A program made the position numbers and the translations under genes. A stretch of DNA of 64,000 nt from Pocillopora damicornis (taxonomy: Eukaryota), in NCBI RefSeq assembly GCF_003704095.1, contig NW_020844672.1:186001-250000 (forward strand), read 5' to 3'. The notes beneath the pieces were generated by a model. It ran no database searches. It saw only the letters and a list, made by a program, of their open reading frames with translations, and was not told the origin of the DNA. Each line of letters begins with the position of its first letter. The stretch's first letter is position 1. Positions 1 through 13,619 of the stretch are shown in pieces.

Positions 1-420
1 CGTGTCGTTGTTGTTATTGACATCTAGTGTATGCATTGCAAAATGCTCGCTGATGACCTCCATGGGACTCGCCGCTATAGTCCAACCCCGTGGCCTGAAA
101 ACATTCTCCTGCAAAACATGAAAGCTGTTCTTCCTAGCTGGTTTACCTTGTTGTAGGTTTTCTTGGCGCGCGATATTTGGCGGTGTAATCAGAGAGATAC
201 TTCGAGTTGTGCGCCGGGGTGACTTGGTTCCCTCTCCTCGCGCTCTTTTCCACTTGCTGTACAATGTTTCTGAAGTGATATCATTTAGAGATCTTGAAAA
301 TGTACGCAGCTTTTCAATGTCTAATTCTTCTTTGCGAAATCTGAATAGTGAATCTTTTACTTTAGCTGTCATTCCTTCACTTGGTGAACCCACCTTCTCA
401 GTGGACATCTCGAGAACCAT
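1..420 (-). CDS. 5' part of an uncharacterised protein; ORF runs off the window start
   Basis: ATG at 420-418, then 140 stop-free codons to position 1 (MVLEMSTEKVGSPSEG...RKNSFHVLQENVFRPRGWTIAASPMEVISEHFAMHTLDVNNNNDT). Possible acceptor tccccaacag near 524. Absent from the ORF track because the stop lies outside the window. Confidence 0.55.
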   Translation of the reverse strand, partial: MVLEMSTEKVGSPSEGMTAKVKDSLFRFRKEELDIEKLRTFSRSLNDITSETLYSKWKRARGEGTKSPRRTTRSISLITPPNIARQENLQQGKPARKNSFHVLQENVFRPRGWTIAASPMEVISEHFAMHTLDVNNNNDT

Positions 421-3400
421 TTACCCAGCACAAGTGTATTCGCGTTGTACCACACTGCTGACTACTAGTTTAGAATTCCGATGAACTCAGCTTTACACTT
501 TTTAAAACTGTGGTAAATTAGATCTGTTGGGGAACGTAAACAAGAAAATGAATACCTGGTATGTTAATCGCCGAAATCTAGACAAAGCTTCAACAGAACT
601 AATTAAAAAAATAATTTTCAAATGGACTAATGGAATTTTTTCCCTTGACATTCGTATTTCAATCAGTAGCTGCGGACAGATATCCAGTTAACTCTTATGT
701 AACCGAGTGTTTATGTCGTATCAACTTTGCAAGATACGTGATAATGTAATAATAACAAAAGCTTTCAGTTTATGTGGATAAAATATTGTTTGACTTCCGT
801 TTTGGGGCAGTCCAAGCTTTTAGCTGTGATTGCTTTCCTTTTGTCTCTTAGCAAAAATACTGAGTTGACACCAAGGGATCATGAGGTGTCAAACTGGATG
901 CAAATACAACGAAACAGAGCCTTCTTAGAGCCATACTTGTCAAAGATGGTCTACAAAAACAAAAAGCCGGTATTATACAGTTTTTATACAAAAGAAGTCT
1001 TGAACATCCACGAAACGCCATGTGATGTCACATATTTGGAACAAAAGTGCGCGCTATTTTTCAGTTCAAGGGAGGTCTGTTTTCGAGTTCTTTTCAACGA
1101 CTATTTCTGCAATAAGAAAAAGTTGACCATCTAGCTGTGCTGAATGCAGCGCTATCAATACAATGTAGTTGGATCGGGCTGATCCTTCGACAGACGATTA
1201 GCTCGTTGGTACATACAGAATTGACATTTTTTTCCCAATTTCTCAAAGATAAGACTTGAAGTTTGGTCTGGAAATGTCACAGTGGTCTTACCTGTTATGC
1301 AATATCCATGGAGGTGTTTTGTTACTAGCGAGCTAAAGAAACTGAGGTTTTGAATTCCAGCACAAAGTCTCTTGTTAGTTTGTGAAAAGTACTTAACATT
1401 CCTCGATGAATAACAGGGAAAGCTAACAATAGCTCATTCCTTGCGTTAATCCATCAAACAGGTTCCCATGAATCAGGCGATGGTTCTTTTAATATCACAT
1501 CATGTGCACTACAAAAGAGAAGAAGGCAGCCATTGTACTCACATTGGTCCCAATAACAATACCAGATCGTTTGTAATTGTCATGGAAATACAGAAATACC
1601 TCAAGAGTAAAACAAATCAGTGAAGTACCCGAGTGAACGATTGGACGTTATTGAAGTTATCTTGGGCGGGAGCACGTACAAAGTCGTGGACAAAAAGAAA
1701 TCTCTGTGTATTGTTTTAATGTGTACCAGTCACGTCCACAAGAACTTCCAACCTAGTTCAATCATACTCTACATTTCATTCAAAGAATTTCATTCACGTT
1801 AATAAGTGAAATAATTTGAGAAAATCTCGTGAGGCCATAAATTATTTAATTTCACCTGTTTGTGTTGTCGTTACCGTGATCGACGTAAACAACAATCCGG
1901 CGAAATGTCATCTGCATCGATGCAACAAAAACACCTATGAGTTTCATTTTCCAGGTTGACATTAAAACTGAAATATAAACAACTTTCTCGTGTTTTGCTT
2001 CATTGGTGACTGCGTGAAAAACAAAATTTACTTCAACAAACCGGCTTTGCGTCCGTTGCAAAGAGCCACAGCAACAATTGAAAATCATGTCATTTATTAG
2101 AAAAGAACGAGCGCATGAGAACTGTGATACTATTGACAAACAAGTATGGTATCATTTCACCGACCTGCAATTACCTAGGAATTAGGAGGAGCGCAGCTCA
2201 GCTGAATCCCTAATCTCCGCCCTCGGCTACACGGCTTTTGTTATGTTTAGTTACTTTGTTCTCTGTGTCCTCACATTATCCTCAAACAGCAACTTTCAAA
2301 ACAAGAATTTTTTGTTGACACTTCATTTCTTAAACTTTTGTTAAGTCAACAGCTGGGTTGGACTGAAAAGACACTAAGTTACACAAGGTTGGCACGTTCG
2401 TGAGATGACTACACTAATAAAATCACGACATAGATCGACTTAACGGGGATTGAACGTGCATGCGAACTCCTAAATCTTTGACGTAAATGGGCCGGTTTTG
2501 AAGTTCATCGGGCTTAAGGTATCAAAGTTCACAACGTAAGCACAGGTTATTGTGCTGTGTACCACTTGATACACGAACTGGAAAAGAAGGTTTAACTTAG
2601 TTTTCACAGTAACTGAGCCATGTTCCTCTCTTTCATTCAGTGTATGTTTAATTCAGAATTGTCAAGATTGAACGTGCACTTTTCAAGGGGAAAAGAAGAC
2701 ATGTCACCTCACGTAATCATTAGAAACACGTGTTGTTCTACATTACATAACATATTTCTCGTATCAAAAATTTCGGACAGATCAAGTAGGAGCAATAAAA
2801 CCCATCGCACTTCCACAATACTGGATGAGAGGAGCGGTGCAAATGTGCCCTAATAGAAATGGTGGCAAGTACCAGAGGCTTTAGTGGATTTTACAGTTAA
2901 GATGATTCCTTAGTATTGCCATACACATCCATTTCTGCACATAAGATTACGTAATTAGAAATAAATGGCAACATTAGCATCGTGTTTTTTCTCACCGGCA
3001 AGCTCGCTGGGCATAAATATGGGCGTATAATGATCATACATGCTGAGACTAGACTTTCATAAAACACTTGAGAGAAGTTGTGACAGGTCTTCTTCCCTTA
3101 ACCGAGTAGGGCGACCTATAATTTTTTATTGCATAATTTCAATCAGATTGGTACCAGTAATTAGTAAGATTGGCTCTGCATATCTATTTACACTGCTCTT
3201 TTGCAAGCAAGGTAGTTCTTGAAACACAAATTATCGGGGCATATGCAAGGAAAGTTTAAAAAAAGTGGGTCGAAAACTTTTATTTCTGAGGTTGGGAATT
3301 ATTATGATCATATGTAGTGCTCTAAGTATCAACAAAGATTCCCTTAAGATCGAGATTGAGAGTAACTAATAATAAATTGATGGAATTTATTATTTTCAAG

Positions 3401-3667
3401 TTCTTTATCGAGCGTGTCTCTTAAAAAGCAATTTTTTTTTTTCGAAGGAAGCGTTTTTAGATTCTTCTTCCAGTCATCATTCGTCAGGTCCCAGATTAGA
3501 GCTTATCAAGTATCAAATAAAAAAATTATAGAGATGTTCACTACTCGTGTTATTGTTCCACACTCGCCTACAATTTCAAAAAAACTTCATATATGAATAA
3601 AATTCTTTTCATTCTGAGAAGCTTACATGAAACAGGTTTTCGTCAACACATTCAAGGAGTACGTCAT

Positions 3668-6600
3668 TTATTCTACTTCATTTATCCACGTGAATTCACC
3701 GTAGTCAATTTCACCGTCCCCGTCCTCATCCAACATGTCAATCAATGCGGTCAGCTGATCATCAGTCATGGGCACACCAATGCCTTTTAGCCCTTGCCGA
3801 AATTCCTCCCTGGTCACTGATAAGCTATTGTCTTTGTCAAACTGGTTAAACAAATCTACCAACCGATAATTCTTCTCTTCGACGTATTGCTTGAGAATAT
3901 AAATCAAGTCGTTCTTCTTGTTTTTTCCGTAAAGATTGTCAAGTTCTTCCGATAGGTTTCCTGAACGTTTGCTATAAGTGCAGGTAATGGTGAGTCCCGG
4001 ATGTTGGCCCAAAAGAAGCTCTACGAGGGCCTGGGTCTCTAAAGTCACCACAACACTGTTGAGTAGCATTTTTTCTAACGCCGTATCAAGGTTGTTCTTC
4101 ATGGCTGTGAGAAGGCCAAAAGCACCAGCATTTTGTAAGGGATTCATTCCAATTCTGCAATGAAGTAACGAGAAGAGAAGGTTATCTTTAATGAGTACTT
4201 TCAAGTCATACATTTAAGAAACAAACATCATCAATATTAATGAAATAAATCCGAACTTGGTCTGTGTATGAGATTAAAACGAAGAAATAATCCCCACGTG
4301 TGGCTTCGTAGCTCAGTTGGTAACATCGCCCGGCTATAGTATGTGGGAGACACGGGTTCGAATCTCGTCGAAGCCTGAAAGTCCTGTTTCTGTATTTTGC
4401 TTCAACTGTAACTCACTTACGAGAGGGTCTCAATGGGGCGATAGCTTACACGGCTAACGGTAAAAATTTTCGCTATTTTACGGCAAACGGTTAATATGAT
4501 TATTGTCACCACAAATTTTTTCACTGTTAACATTTTTACGACTATCGGTTAAAATTTGTCAATTATTACGCCATAAGGCTAAATTTTTTGGCCGTTTTAC
4601 GGCCAGCAGTTAACCCTATCGAGACTCTCAAACGAGGATCATTTCTTTACTTTGGAAAAATTTACATTATTTGTCACTCTAAAGGAATAACCCAAATTTT
4701 TCATCAAAATTGTAAAACTGAAGTAGTTAGGAACACTACTCGTTCGTTAGGCCTGTTACGCCAGGGCTTTCGTCACTTAGCATTTTTCTGAGTCTGCTTA
4801 TGTAAGTCTGGTAGGATTAAAAATGTCTCTAGCCATGAATATCTCGCCCACCGCTTTAATCAACTCGCAATCAAAATAGGTTTCTACGCCATCCATCGTT
4901 ATCTCGTCAGTATGCAATATGTATCTAGGTATAGTACACTCGTTACAAACCTTAATATTTTCAAAGTGTTATTGACTTGAATTCCTTTACTAAGCGCCAG
5001 AGCACCTTGAGTGGAAATCCGGTTGTTAGTCAAATCTATGTCAGTAAGTGTGTTATTTTCTTTAAGTGATTCTCCAACCGCAGCTGCACCTTCATCAGCA
5101 AACCCATTCCAAGATAGGTTGAGTGTCTTCAAGCTGCAGTTGGCGCGGAGCCCTCTGCCGATAGCAATTCCACCCTTTCCTCGTAAATGATTCCAGCTAA
5201 GGTTGAGATATTCCAATCCACCATTTGCATCAATGGCCGGTCCTAGAGTAAAAACATTGTAAAATTGTTGTTGTGCAAACACAAATAAAAGGGTATAGTT
5301 GGGTAAATAAGACGCAAAATCTTTTATAAACTCGAGGCAAATTACAACTCAAGTCGGTTAAAATTGTTTAAAATATTAAAATAGTGAGTTTACTTAAACT
5401 CAAAGAGAAAATCCTCCTCTGATTTAAATTGTTAGTTCTAAGCTCATCGGTTAACTTCCAAGATCTATTTTATCTGCATCAGGACACTTACGAAACACGC
5501 AGGTAGGTATTATTTTCGTAATACCAGATAGCTTAAAGTAACTGTCATAGAATAACTGTCTTGAGAGCAACTGTCCCCTCAGAAAAAACTGCATGGATGA
5601 TACAATCTCAGTTAACCTTAACCCTCTCTAACTGCCGCGTCAAATGACCTTTAGTAAAAAAAAACACTTATTAATTGGTTTTAGCCCGATTATGAAGTGC
5701 GATCTCAAGCTCTGGCAGTGAGTAGTTCGAAAATTTGATGTCGGTGATCGCAATTGACTAACATCTCGTCGACCTGAGTGGAAGTCACCATCAGCGTCAG
5801 CTTGTATGTCTGAAGTTGTTGAACAATTATTCCGCAAAGATGAAAAGCCTATTTGTATGACAACCCTGGAGACCAATTCGAGGACAATGCCCAGTGGCCA
5901 TCTTGAAAATTAGCGCTTTGGTATTATAATCACCTTGTTCTAGATGATCAGTGATTAGTTGACCAATCAGAGCGCGCGCATCTCTCGAATCTTTCGAGCA
6001 ACTAAACGAAAAGTGTAGTTTGTGAGTCCTAAGATTAATCAAAATGACGGCAAAATTGAACACTGTCAAGAAGCCAGACTTACAAATATGAAAGACGACT
6101 GGAAAACAGCGCTTCGTTTGACTCTAATGATGACTTCTGTAATTAGGCTGTCGAGGCAGGCGTCAGTCACTGTTACCAACAACAGACCTTTTCAGACTGC
6201 GTACCTCACCTGGCCCCGGTTATTCGAATGTTAGATAACGCTATCCACTGGATAAAACTCTATACAGTAGATAACGCTATACGTTTTGCTATCACTCATC
6301 CACCAGATAGCAATTTATTTGTTAGATAGCGTTATCCGACCTTTGTACAACTGGGCCCTCTACGATTACTCTACTCGATCAAAGTTTTGTATTTCTTACC
6401 GAATAAAACTCCAGCTTCTTCACAAAAGTTGTTATGACTCAAATCGAGCCACACCAGAGTTTGATTTACACGAATTCCTTCTGCCAGACAAGCGGCGTCT
6501 TTGTCTTTGAACTCGCTCCAGGATAAGTTCAGAGTTTTTATGGTGTTGTTATCATTAAGAACTTCGGCAATAGCTTTCGCGCCAGGGCTTTTGATTTTGT

Positions 6601-8816
6601 TCTCAGCAAGGTCCAGCTCCGTGATATAAAAATTTTCTCGAAGTAATCTGGCGATGTAAACACTGCCTTCTGGATCTAAATGGAAGATGGAAAAGGAGAA
6701 AAACATGCTAGAATGAAAATGTATTAATATGATCTGGATCTACCTCTATAAATTAATATTGGGGACACGCATGAAAGAAAAAAAAACCATCTCACCTATT
6801 GCGCAGTCTCTTAGATTTAGTTTCGTCGTTGTCGTGTTTCGCATTAGTGCAGCTGCTATGGCTTGGGCTCCGGTTGGACCCAGGCCATGGTGTTTAATGT
6901 TAATCTCCTCCCTTGTGATGTGCTCGATAACAAAGGAGACTGGAATGATACCGAGTTGAGAGCAGGCATCCCGGTATGCTTTTCGACCTAGTAGTCGGAG
7001 TGGAATAGAAATATAAATTTGTTACAAAAGTTGGCTGTCTTTGTTATCAAACATCCACCTAGGGATAATAATTATGGAAAAACAACGTTTCAATTGAAAA
7101 CATATCTAATGGAATGTATAGATATGTGATAATATTTTATACATTATATAATATTTTTGTGATGTCTGTAGAACTTCTCGCGCGCGCATTGGTCGAAAAC
7201 TGTTGCTAATAAAGTGATAAACGATAAAAAAGATGTATGATGTAACACAACGCTCGACAATCATCGCCATGTCAGAGAAAAGAACTTCATCTCGTAAAGA
7301 CAATTGCAAATTTTGAGATCTGGATGGTAACAAAGTGGGTGGTAACAAACTTCCAAATATTAAGATCGGTATACGTGGAGAAGAGTTTGAAGAAAAACTT
7401 TTCGTGATGGAAAAAAAAGTGCAGGAAAACCTTCAGGAACAGAAATCCGGTTCTCGGTTTCCAAGTTAAAAGACGGACGGCCCCGTAGAAATACTTGTCG
7501 TTGCTGTAGCAAACAGCACAAAAATTAAAACTAAGTGGGAAACAAAAAAATTCAGAGCAACAGAGTCTATCGCCATCCATTTCTTACCTGTACTTATTTT
7601 ATAAATCTTTACGTATCTCAAATTAAAACAAACAGAGTAACGATTGATCGAGGCACGCGCGCGTAATAAAAAACGCACACTTCAACGTATTCAGCTGCGC
7701 TTCGTGGTTTCACTCTAGTTTTGAACGTTGCGGACGTCATTTCTATGATTAATAAGGTTCTAGACAATGGAAAATTGTGGGCAATTTGTTAAATATAATA
7801 TAATGCTACTAGTCTAGGTTTCAACAAGATAATGACTACAAATTCCTCATTACCACATAGGAATTTTTTATAAAGCTTCTCTATGCCCCTGGACTAATAC
7901 TTTCGCGGCAGTCATGATATAAGGAAGTCTGATATGCTATTTATTTTACCAGTTGGGTCGTATTCTGGACGAGGTTCTTCAAACTCCAGATCTGTATCAT
8001 AATCACTGTCTTCCCCAGCTTCTGCATCTGAGCTAACCTCTCCTTTGGACGTATCTTTATCAACTGGTGTGGGAACTGGGGTCAGCTTGCTTTTGCCTGT
8101 ACCTGCTCTTTTAGATTTAGCTGTTAAAAGTAAGGAAAAAGATAGGTCGTTGCAGCGCTTTGCTTTCTTGTTGCAATAGGAAAACAATTACTTTTAACTG
8201 TAGTAATTGTTAAAAAGGTTTTGAAAACCTTTTGGATTCGCCATCTGATAAAGATATCGAATGTAGTTTAAGAGAGAAATGGTGATCATGAAATTCTTAT
8301 AAATGAGTTTTCCCCCCCTTGTAGAGTGATAATCGAAACATTAAAACCAAATTTTTTTGATAAAATATACAGACTGCTAGACCATCAGTATCGGCTAATA
8401 TTCTTCCTCAGCAGCTCGAAGACACCAATCTTCTATGGCCGCTTTGAAAAGCTGTGATCAGCGCACTACCTTCCTAGTAAGATTTGAATCAAATTAAGCT
8501 TTTTCCAAGAAAGCTGATTTATTCAATTCCGCCATTTTCAATTGAACACAATACTGATCGTGATTCGAATTTCGTTGACTCATCAGTAGAACCAAGTCAC
8601 TTCTGACTCACCGCTCGACAGCCGGCTTCGCCCGCTTCTTTGCCGACTTTCGGAATCTCCTTCGGTGATAATTCCTGACTTGCGTTCGATCTGTGCGCTG
8701 CTTCTAGTCGAGCTGATAGCCGTTACATTCTGATTGGAATCCGCCACCTCTTGTACACTGAGAGTCGGTACGTTGTGCGGACCTACATTTGTGTTATCGT
8801 CACTTGTGGCGGACAT
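3668..8816 (-). CDS. LRRC74: LRRC74-like leucine-rich-repeat protein with C-terminal EF-hand pair (~540 aa, 6 coding exons)
   Basis: Exons 8816-8612, 8120-7950, 6987-6796, 6675-6400, 5242-4951 and 4154-3668 join in frame at GT-AG sites (1623 nt). They encode YRDACSQLGIIP...HHGLGPTGAQAIAAAL, RI-type LRRs (LNLSWN, LDLSHN) and EF-hands DKDNSLSVTREE and DEDGDGEIDYGE. Confidence 0.85.
4302..4378 (+). repeat. tRNA-derived SINE-like repeat head (degenerate) in an intron
   Basis: ggcttcgtagctcagttggt (A-box) ... gggttcgaatctc (B-box) ... gaagcc; the anticodon arm is degenerate. Confidence 0.65.
4423..4629. mobile_element. MITE-like element with terminal inverted repeats
   Basis: gagggtctcaatggg ... 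cctatcgagactctc (12/15 inverted match) around internal acggNtaac-type subrepeats. Confidence 0.5.
6209..6357. mobile_element. Short palindromic MITE-like repeat
   Basis: ggccccggttattcgaa...gataacgctatc ... gatagcgttatc...ttgtacaactgggcc; a related fragment lies near 28330-28380. Confidence 0.6.
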
Positions 8817-9645
8817 ATCGCTTTTAGCTTGATTCTTGGAAGAACAGCGTTGATTCTCAAATATAACCTCACAGTCTATCAGCCGGATCCCTGTAAACAA
8901 TTAACAAGTATAACTTGGAATAGGCAATGACAGAGATGATATGTTAACTTAGCTTTTTTGAGGGAAAACTGAAGCCAGATGTTTCTTGTTATCCGGCTCA
9001 GTTCAGAACAGGCCGGAAGCTTTTAACTTCTAAGTGTTCATTATTTCAGCAGAATATTCATTTTAACACTCTTAAAAGTATATTTGCATTCTCCAAAAGT
9101 TGATTGAAAGATAAAATGTATTTCAATTGAGGCAAAGCCTTCAGCCGATAATTTTATTTGACATAAAATAAATTTATTGCAGAAACCAGATGGGAAAAGG
9201 AACATACTCAATCATCTAATTGTAAAACTCGAAGAAGTTTCATTTAAAGGCGTCAATTTCGATCTTAATTGTTTTTAAATTTTGTTCATTCAAATTTTTT
9301 TAGCTCTGCCATTTTTTTTTTCCGTGTCGTTTCGTCTAAGCGCGTTTTGTCTTAACTAGTTAATTTGGTATCATCTACTGAGTTTATACTTGACAACTAC
9401 TCTCCGAAGTGGAGGTGACTAGTTTTTTCAGTGTATACAGTGAGATAATAAAGAACAAAAAGATGTTTTTGACGCATTTACTCCTGCAACGATTATAATA
9501 ATTTCGGGAAAGAATCCTGTGCGCGTTGCTTGGAGGTGAATGGCAAAGGATATTCGCAGTTTTAGTAACCAATCAGAGCGCGCCTTCAACGCCATCTACT
9601 GTTTTAGCAGGAGTAAATTAGCCACCGTTGAGAGACTCTAAAACA

Positions 9646-9677
9646 AACGTTTCGAGTGTTAACCCTTCGTCAGAGCG
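9646..9677 (-). ncRNA. Degenerate minimal hammerhead ribozyme core in a Penelope-like repeat end
   Basis: Minus strand reads cgct-CTGACGA-a-gggt taac actc-GAAAC-gtt; the cleavage site and stem I are degenerate. Confidence 0.45.
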
Positions 9678-10983
9678 AATCCAAATTAACTTGTAATAAC
9701 ATCTTCTGACGTAGCACCACAGTTTCTTTCAAAACTTAACCTTTATTTATTTTGAGTGTTGGCTTGAGTCGGATTGACTGAAAGGTACTCAGTTAATTTT
9801 GTAGATAACATCTATAGTTTAGCAATCTTTTCGAACGCGGAAAATTTCATTTGAGAGAAGAGCTACAATCTGATGTAAAAATTTATTACGTTATTGTTAT
9901 GAATGTTAGCTTAACAGATACAAGCTTTTCATGCAGGCCATGTAAACAGCGTGGTCAAAAAAAATCAATAATATAAAAAGCTACCAATTAGTGATATTTT
10001 TGATAATTAACTGTTTGACATTAAATTTCATTTCTTTTTTACGAAACGGCGATGAAATTATGTCCAATTATTATTACTCGGTTAAGTTGGGAGCAACTTC
10101 GCCGAATAAACTAAATGTGCAATTGCGAAATGCGACGTTCTTAATGACGAAAACGCCAATACCATTAATTTAAGAATCATTCATGATTAATTATAAATTA
10201 ATTCTACGCGAACTGGCAGAGCTGTGATCTTCGTGGATACATGTTTCTATTTTATGTACGTTGTTCAAGACAACTTTATTACGATTGCCTTGTACAACGG
10301 CAGCAAAATTCGCAACGTTTTTTCCGCGTCCAATCTTTTTTAGTTCTTTCAGCATTAGAACATTCGATAATCGTCATCTCAGGCTGAGAATTTGAACATT
10401 GACTCAATGCAGTGACAGTTCGCGTATGCATCCACCAACGATTGCTCACTCACACACAGTTGCCAAGTAGCCTTTGTAAAATCGCTGCCGCCTAGGACCA
10501 GATAGAAGTTTGCATTCAGGTAGAAGTCGAATAATAATAATGAAATACCTTCATTCACATATCATGGCACAGACGTGTTTACACCAGTAGGTTACAATTT
10601 GTCATCAAATAGCGATGTTCCTATCTAATTGCTTTGTAAACAAATAGGTCTGTGGTGTACGCGAGCAAACATATTATGCCAAGAGAGCAATAAACAAACA
10701 ATCCTACGTTCGGTTCATAACAGACAAATGAGTCTATATTGTATATCAGTGTAAAATATCCAAATGAACAATGAAAATGATTTCTCCTGAATACTTTCGT
10801 CGGACTCAAACATGCAAGCAGACAAGATATCTCACCTTCAAAGCAACATCTTGCCCTCCGCGCTAAATCCCTTAAGTTCTGGAAGAAATTGCTCGAGTTT
10901 ACGTGCGCGTAAAAGGCATTAAATTTATTGCCTGCTTTAGAGACCAACACGTTACACTTGAGTGTAATTAGTTCAATTGGGTT

Positions 10984-10996
10984 GTTGCCTAGCAAC
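10984..10996. promoter_or_regulatory. RFX X-box upstream of the LRRC74-like gene
   Basis: GTTGCCTAGCAAC lies just upstream (minus sense) of a candidate non-coding first exon ending at donor AG|gtgaga (10836). Confidence 0.55.
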
Positions 10997-12149
10997 AGTG
11001 ACGCTTATTTGATAAATACTGCTTTAGGTATTGTCTTTAGTGGTTTCTCAAGAGACTTCACGCAGAAAGACTCGCAGTGAAAGAGTAATAATTTATTATC
11101 TAATGTCCACTTGTGATCCTTAGCTATTGTCCAGAGAAGAAGTCAATAAAGCGCTTTGGCACCATGTCAATACAACTGTTATTTCCCTGTTCACAAATAA
11201 CAAAGTAGAGTATAGATTAAGTCTGACTTTAAACCAGGGCAACTTCTACCATAAATGAACTTTTAGCGAGAGAAGGGAAATATCGATAAAAGTTCAGTTG
11301 AATAGATCGCCAGATATTTTTTACCTTGTCCCGGTCTATATCCTCTCGCTCTGAACGTGCACTAAGTGCTCGAGAAAAACTATTTTCGTTCAGAGAGATT
11401 GGAGAACAGCTCTCGTCACGAACGTGTAGCCGTTTTGCCCACGAAGAAACGTATTCAAGTATTTCAAAATGCTCGCAATTACTTTAGAAGTGTAATTATC
11501 GGAGAATCAAAAGACCAAAACTGATCGGCCTTTTTTTTGTTAGCTTCCCGTCACTGGCAAGCAACGCGAAAAAGGGCCGCATAAAATCCAGGAGTACGCT
11601 GTCCGGACCTGATTTATCACGCCCCTGGGTTTAGTGTAAAATGTTTTTTTCAACCCTTGTCCGAAGGACAAGAAGGAGATTAGTTGACCGGTGTATCCAG
11701 AAGTCGCCTTTGATGAACCTTTCTCAATTTTCTTTGATTGACTTGAACGCCGATCAATCTGAATGATCAGCTTACTCAAGATTTTCTGTTCTAATAAACT
11801 AAAGAGCGGCTATGCTAGCATTGCTCCATTTTCCCGTCCAATCCGGCATGAGTTTGATCGAGGCTTTATTATTTCCGCCCCTTTTCATTTCGTCCTTTTT
11901 ACATGCAGCAACCAACTGAAAGGCAAATTCGCCGTGCGTAGTGGTAGTTACGAAAAAATCTTTGGTGTCCCTAAATAATCCTCATTCGTCTCTCCGCTTT
12001 CATATATTAACGAGGGAAGGGCGCGAGAGGCACTCGTGGGGGAAGATGGGAAGAGAGGAAAAAAGGAAAGTCTTTTTTTTTCTCCCTTTTCTTTGTTTCC
12101 ATTTAATTCTCCATCGTTGTGGCAGAGCAAGTCTCTCGCGACCCCGTGT

Positions 12150-12800
12150 ATTAAAAAATGGGAGATGGCGCAGGACGAGTCAAATGATTGGATTAGACTA
12201 AGGACGAGTTTAGTGATGGGATTAGGAACGATCTCAATAGAAGACAGCAATTCTCTGTGGTGAATGGACTAAAGTCAGGTCTGTTACCTGTGTCTTTAGG
12301 CATTCCCCAGGGATCGGTGCGAGGACTAACCCTTTTCACACTATTCACAAACGACCTTCCACCCTTTGGAAGCTCAAGATCACTGTATATGTATGCAGAC
12401 AATACTACGGTCTATTGTACAGGAGAAACTGCAGACAAAGCTATCGCACATTTAAATGCCGCGCTGCAAGAGTTACATGCATGGTGCCTTAACAATCGTT
12501 TAACTCCTCGTCCAGGCAAGAGTGAGGTTATGTTACTCAGTAAAGGAACCCTGATGGGACATAGATAGTGCTATTAGGAACGTTACGAAAGCACGCTTGT
12601 TGGGCTTGACAGTTGACCAGAAACTCAGCTGGGTACCGCATGTATTGGAAACCAAAGGAGCTTTGCTAATAAACTGGACGTGCTAAAACGATCCAGATTT
12701 CTCCCAAGGAACATATTGAAAAAATTTTATTTTAAAGTAATTTTGACTTCTATAAAATATGGTTTAGTTCTGTAGGGTTCTTGTAGACCTCACAAGCTTG
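12150..12800 (+). mobile_element. Degenerate non-LTR retrotransposon (CR1/L2-like) reverse transcriptase fragment
   Basis: VSLGIPQGSVRGLTLFTLFTNDLP...YMYADNTTVY...LQELHAWCLNNRLT...KSEVM, with frameshifts and stops on both sides; ends at an N-gap. Confidence 0.85.
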
Positions 12801-13342
12801 CAGCTTAAAATNNNNNNNNNNNNNNNNNNNNNNNNNNNNNNNNNNNNNNNNNNNNNNNNNNNNNNNNNNNNNNNNNNNNNNNNNNNNNNNNNNNNNNNNN
12901 NNNNNNNNNNNNNNNNNNNNNNNNNNNNNNNNNNNNNNNNNNNNNNNNNNNNNNNNNNNNNNNNNNNNNNNNNNNNNNNNNNNNNNNNNNNNNNNNNNNN
13001 NNNNNNNNNNNNNNNNNNNNNNNNNNNNNNNNNNNNNNNNTTATAGTTGGAGTCCACTTGGCAGGTGGAGACATTTGATTTGATACCGGCGATGCTTCCT
13101 CTCTGTGGACACAATTTCTTTTTTCTTCAGTATTTTCAAAACCTGTCCAGTAATGCCACCATAAGTTTGTGCTTAAGTGCAGCGGCGTTTTCTCCTGGTT
13201 ACCATAGCAGACTTCTTGACTCCATTCAGAGAAAACATTTCAAGACTCAAGTCGAAGCAATTCCATTGAAACTTTTTATTTTCATGTAAAGTATCAGTGG
13301 AAATTGCGTGACTGCGCGTCTGAGGAAGATCTGAGCTACTAG

Positions 13343-13619
13343 GAAGGGATTGGTCATTATTTATCATGGGGGGGGGNNNNNNNNNNNNNNNNNNNNNNNN
13401 NGTCACAATAAAATTTACCTGATCCCCCCCACGAGGCTCTGTAGTATTCTAATAACCCCTCCCCTCCCATTAGCAGTCAATTTCCTATAGTACCCCCCTT
13501 TTAAGTGTTAGAGGTGACTGATGCCCCCGCTGTTCCCCCTTAACCAAATATGTGATCCCAAAATCTCAAGCCCTCTTCCTCCCTCTCCCCCCAGGCAATA
13601 AATGATGATTAGTCCATAA
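13343..13619. mobile_element. MITE-like element
   Basis: agggattggtcattatttat ... ataaatgatgattagtccat inverted ends with G/C runs inside; a related end sits near 62790-62840. Confidence 0.45.

Noticed and set aside
4302-4378. Functional tRNA gene (also 18750-18825)
   Set aside because: Anticodon arm or B-box is degenerate and it is embedded in longer repeat sequence; treated as a tRNA-derived repeat.
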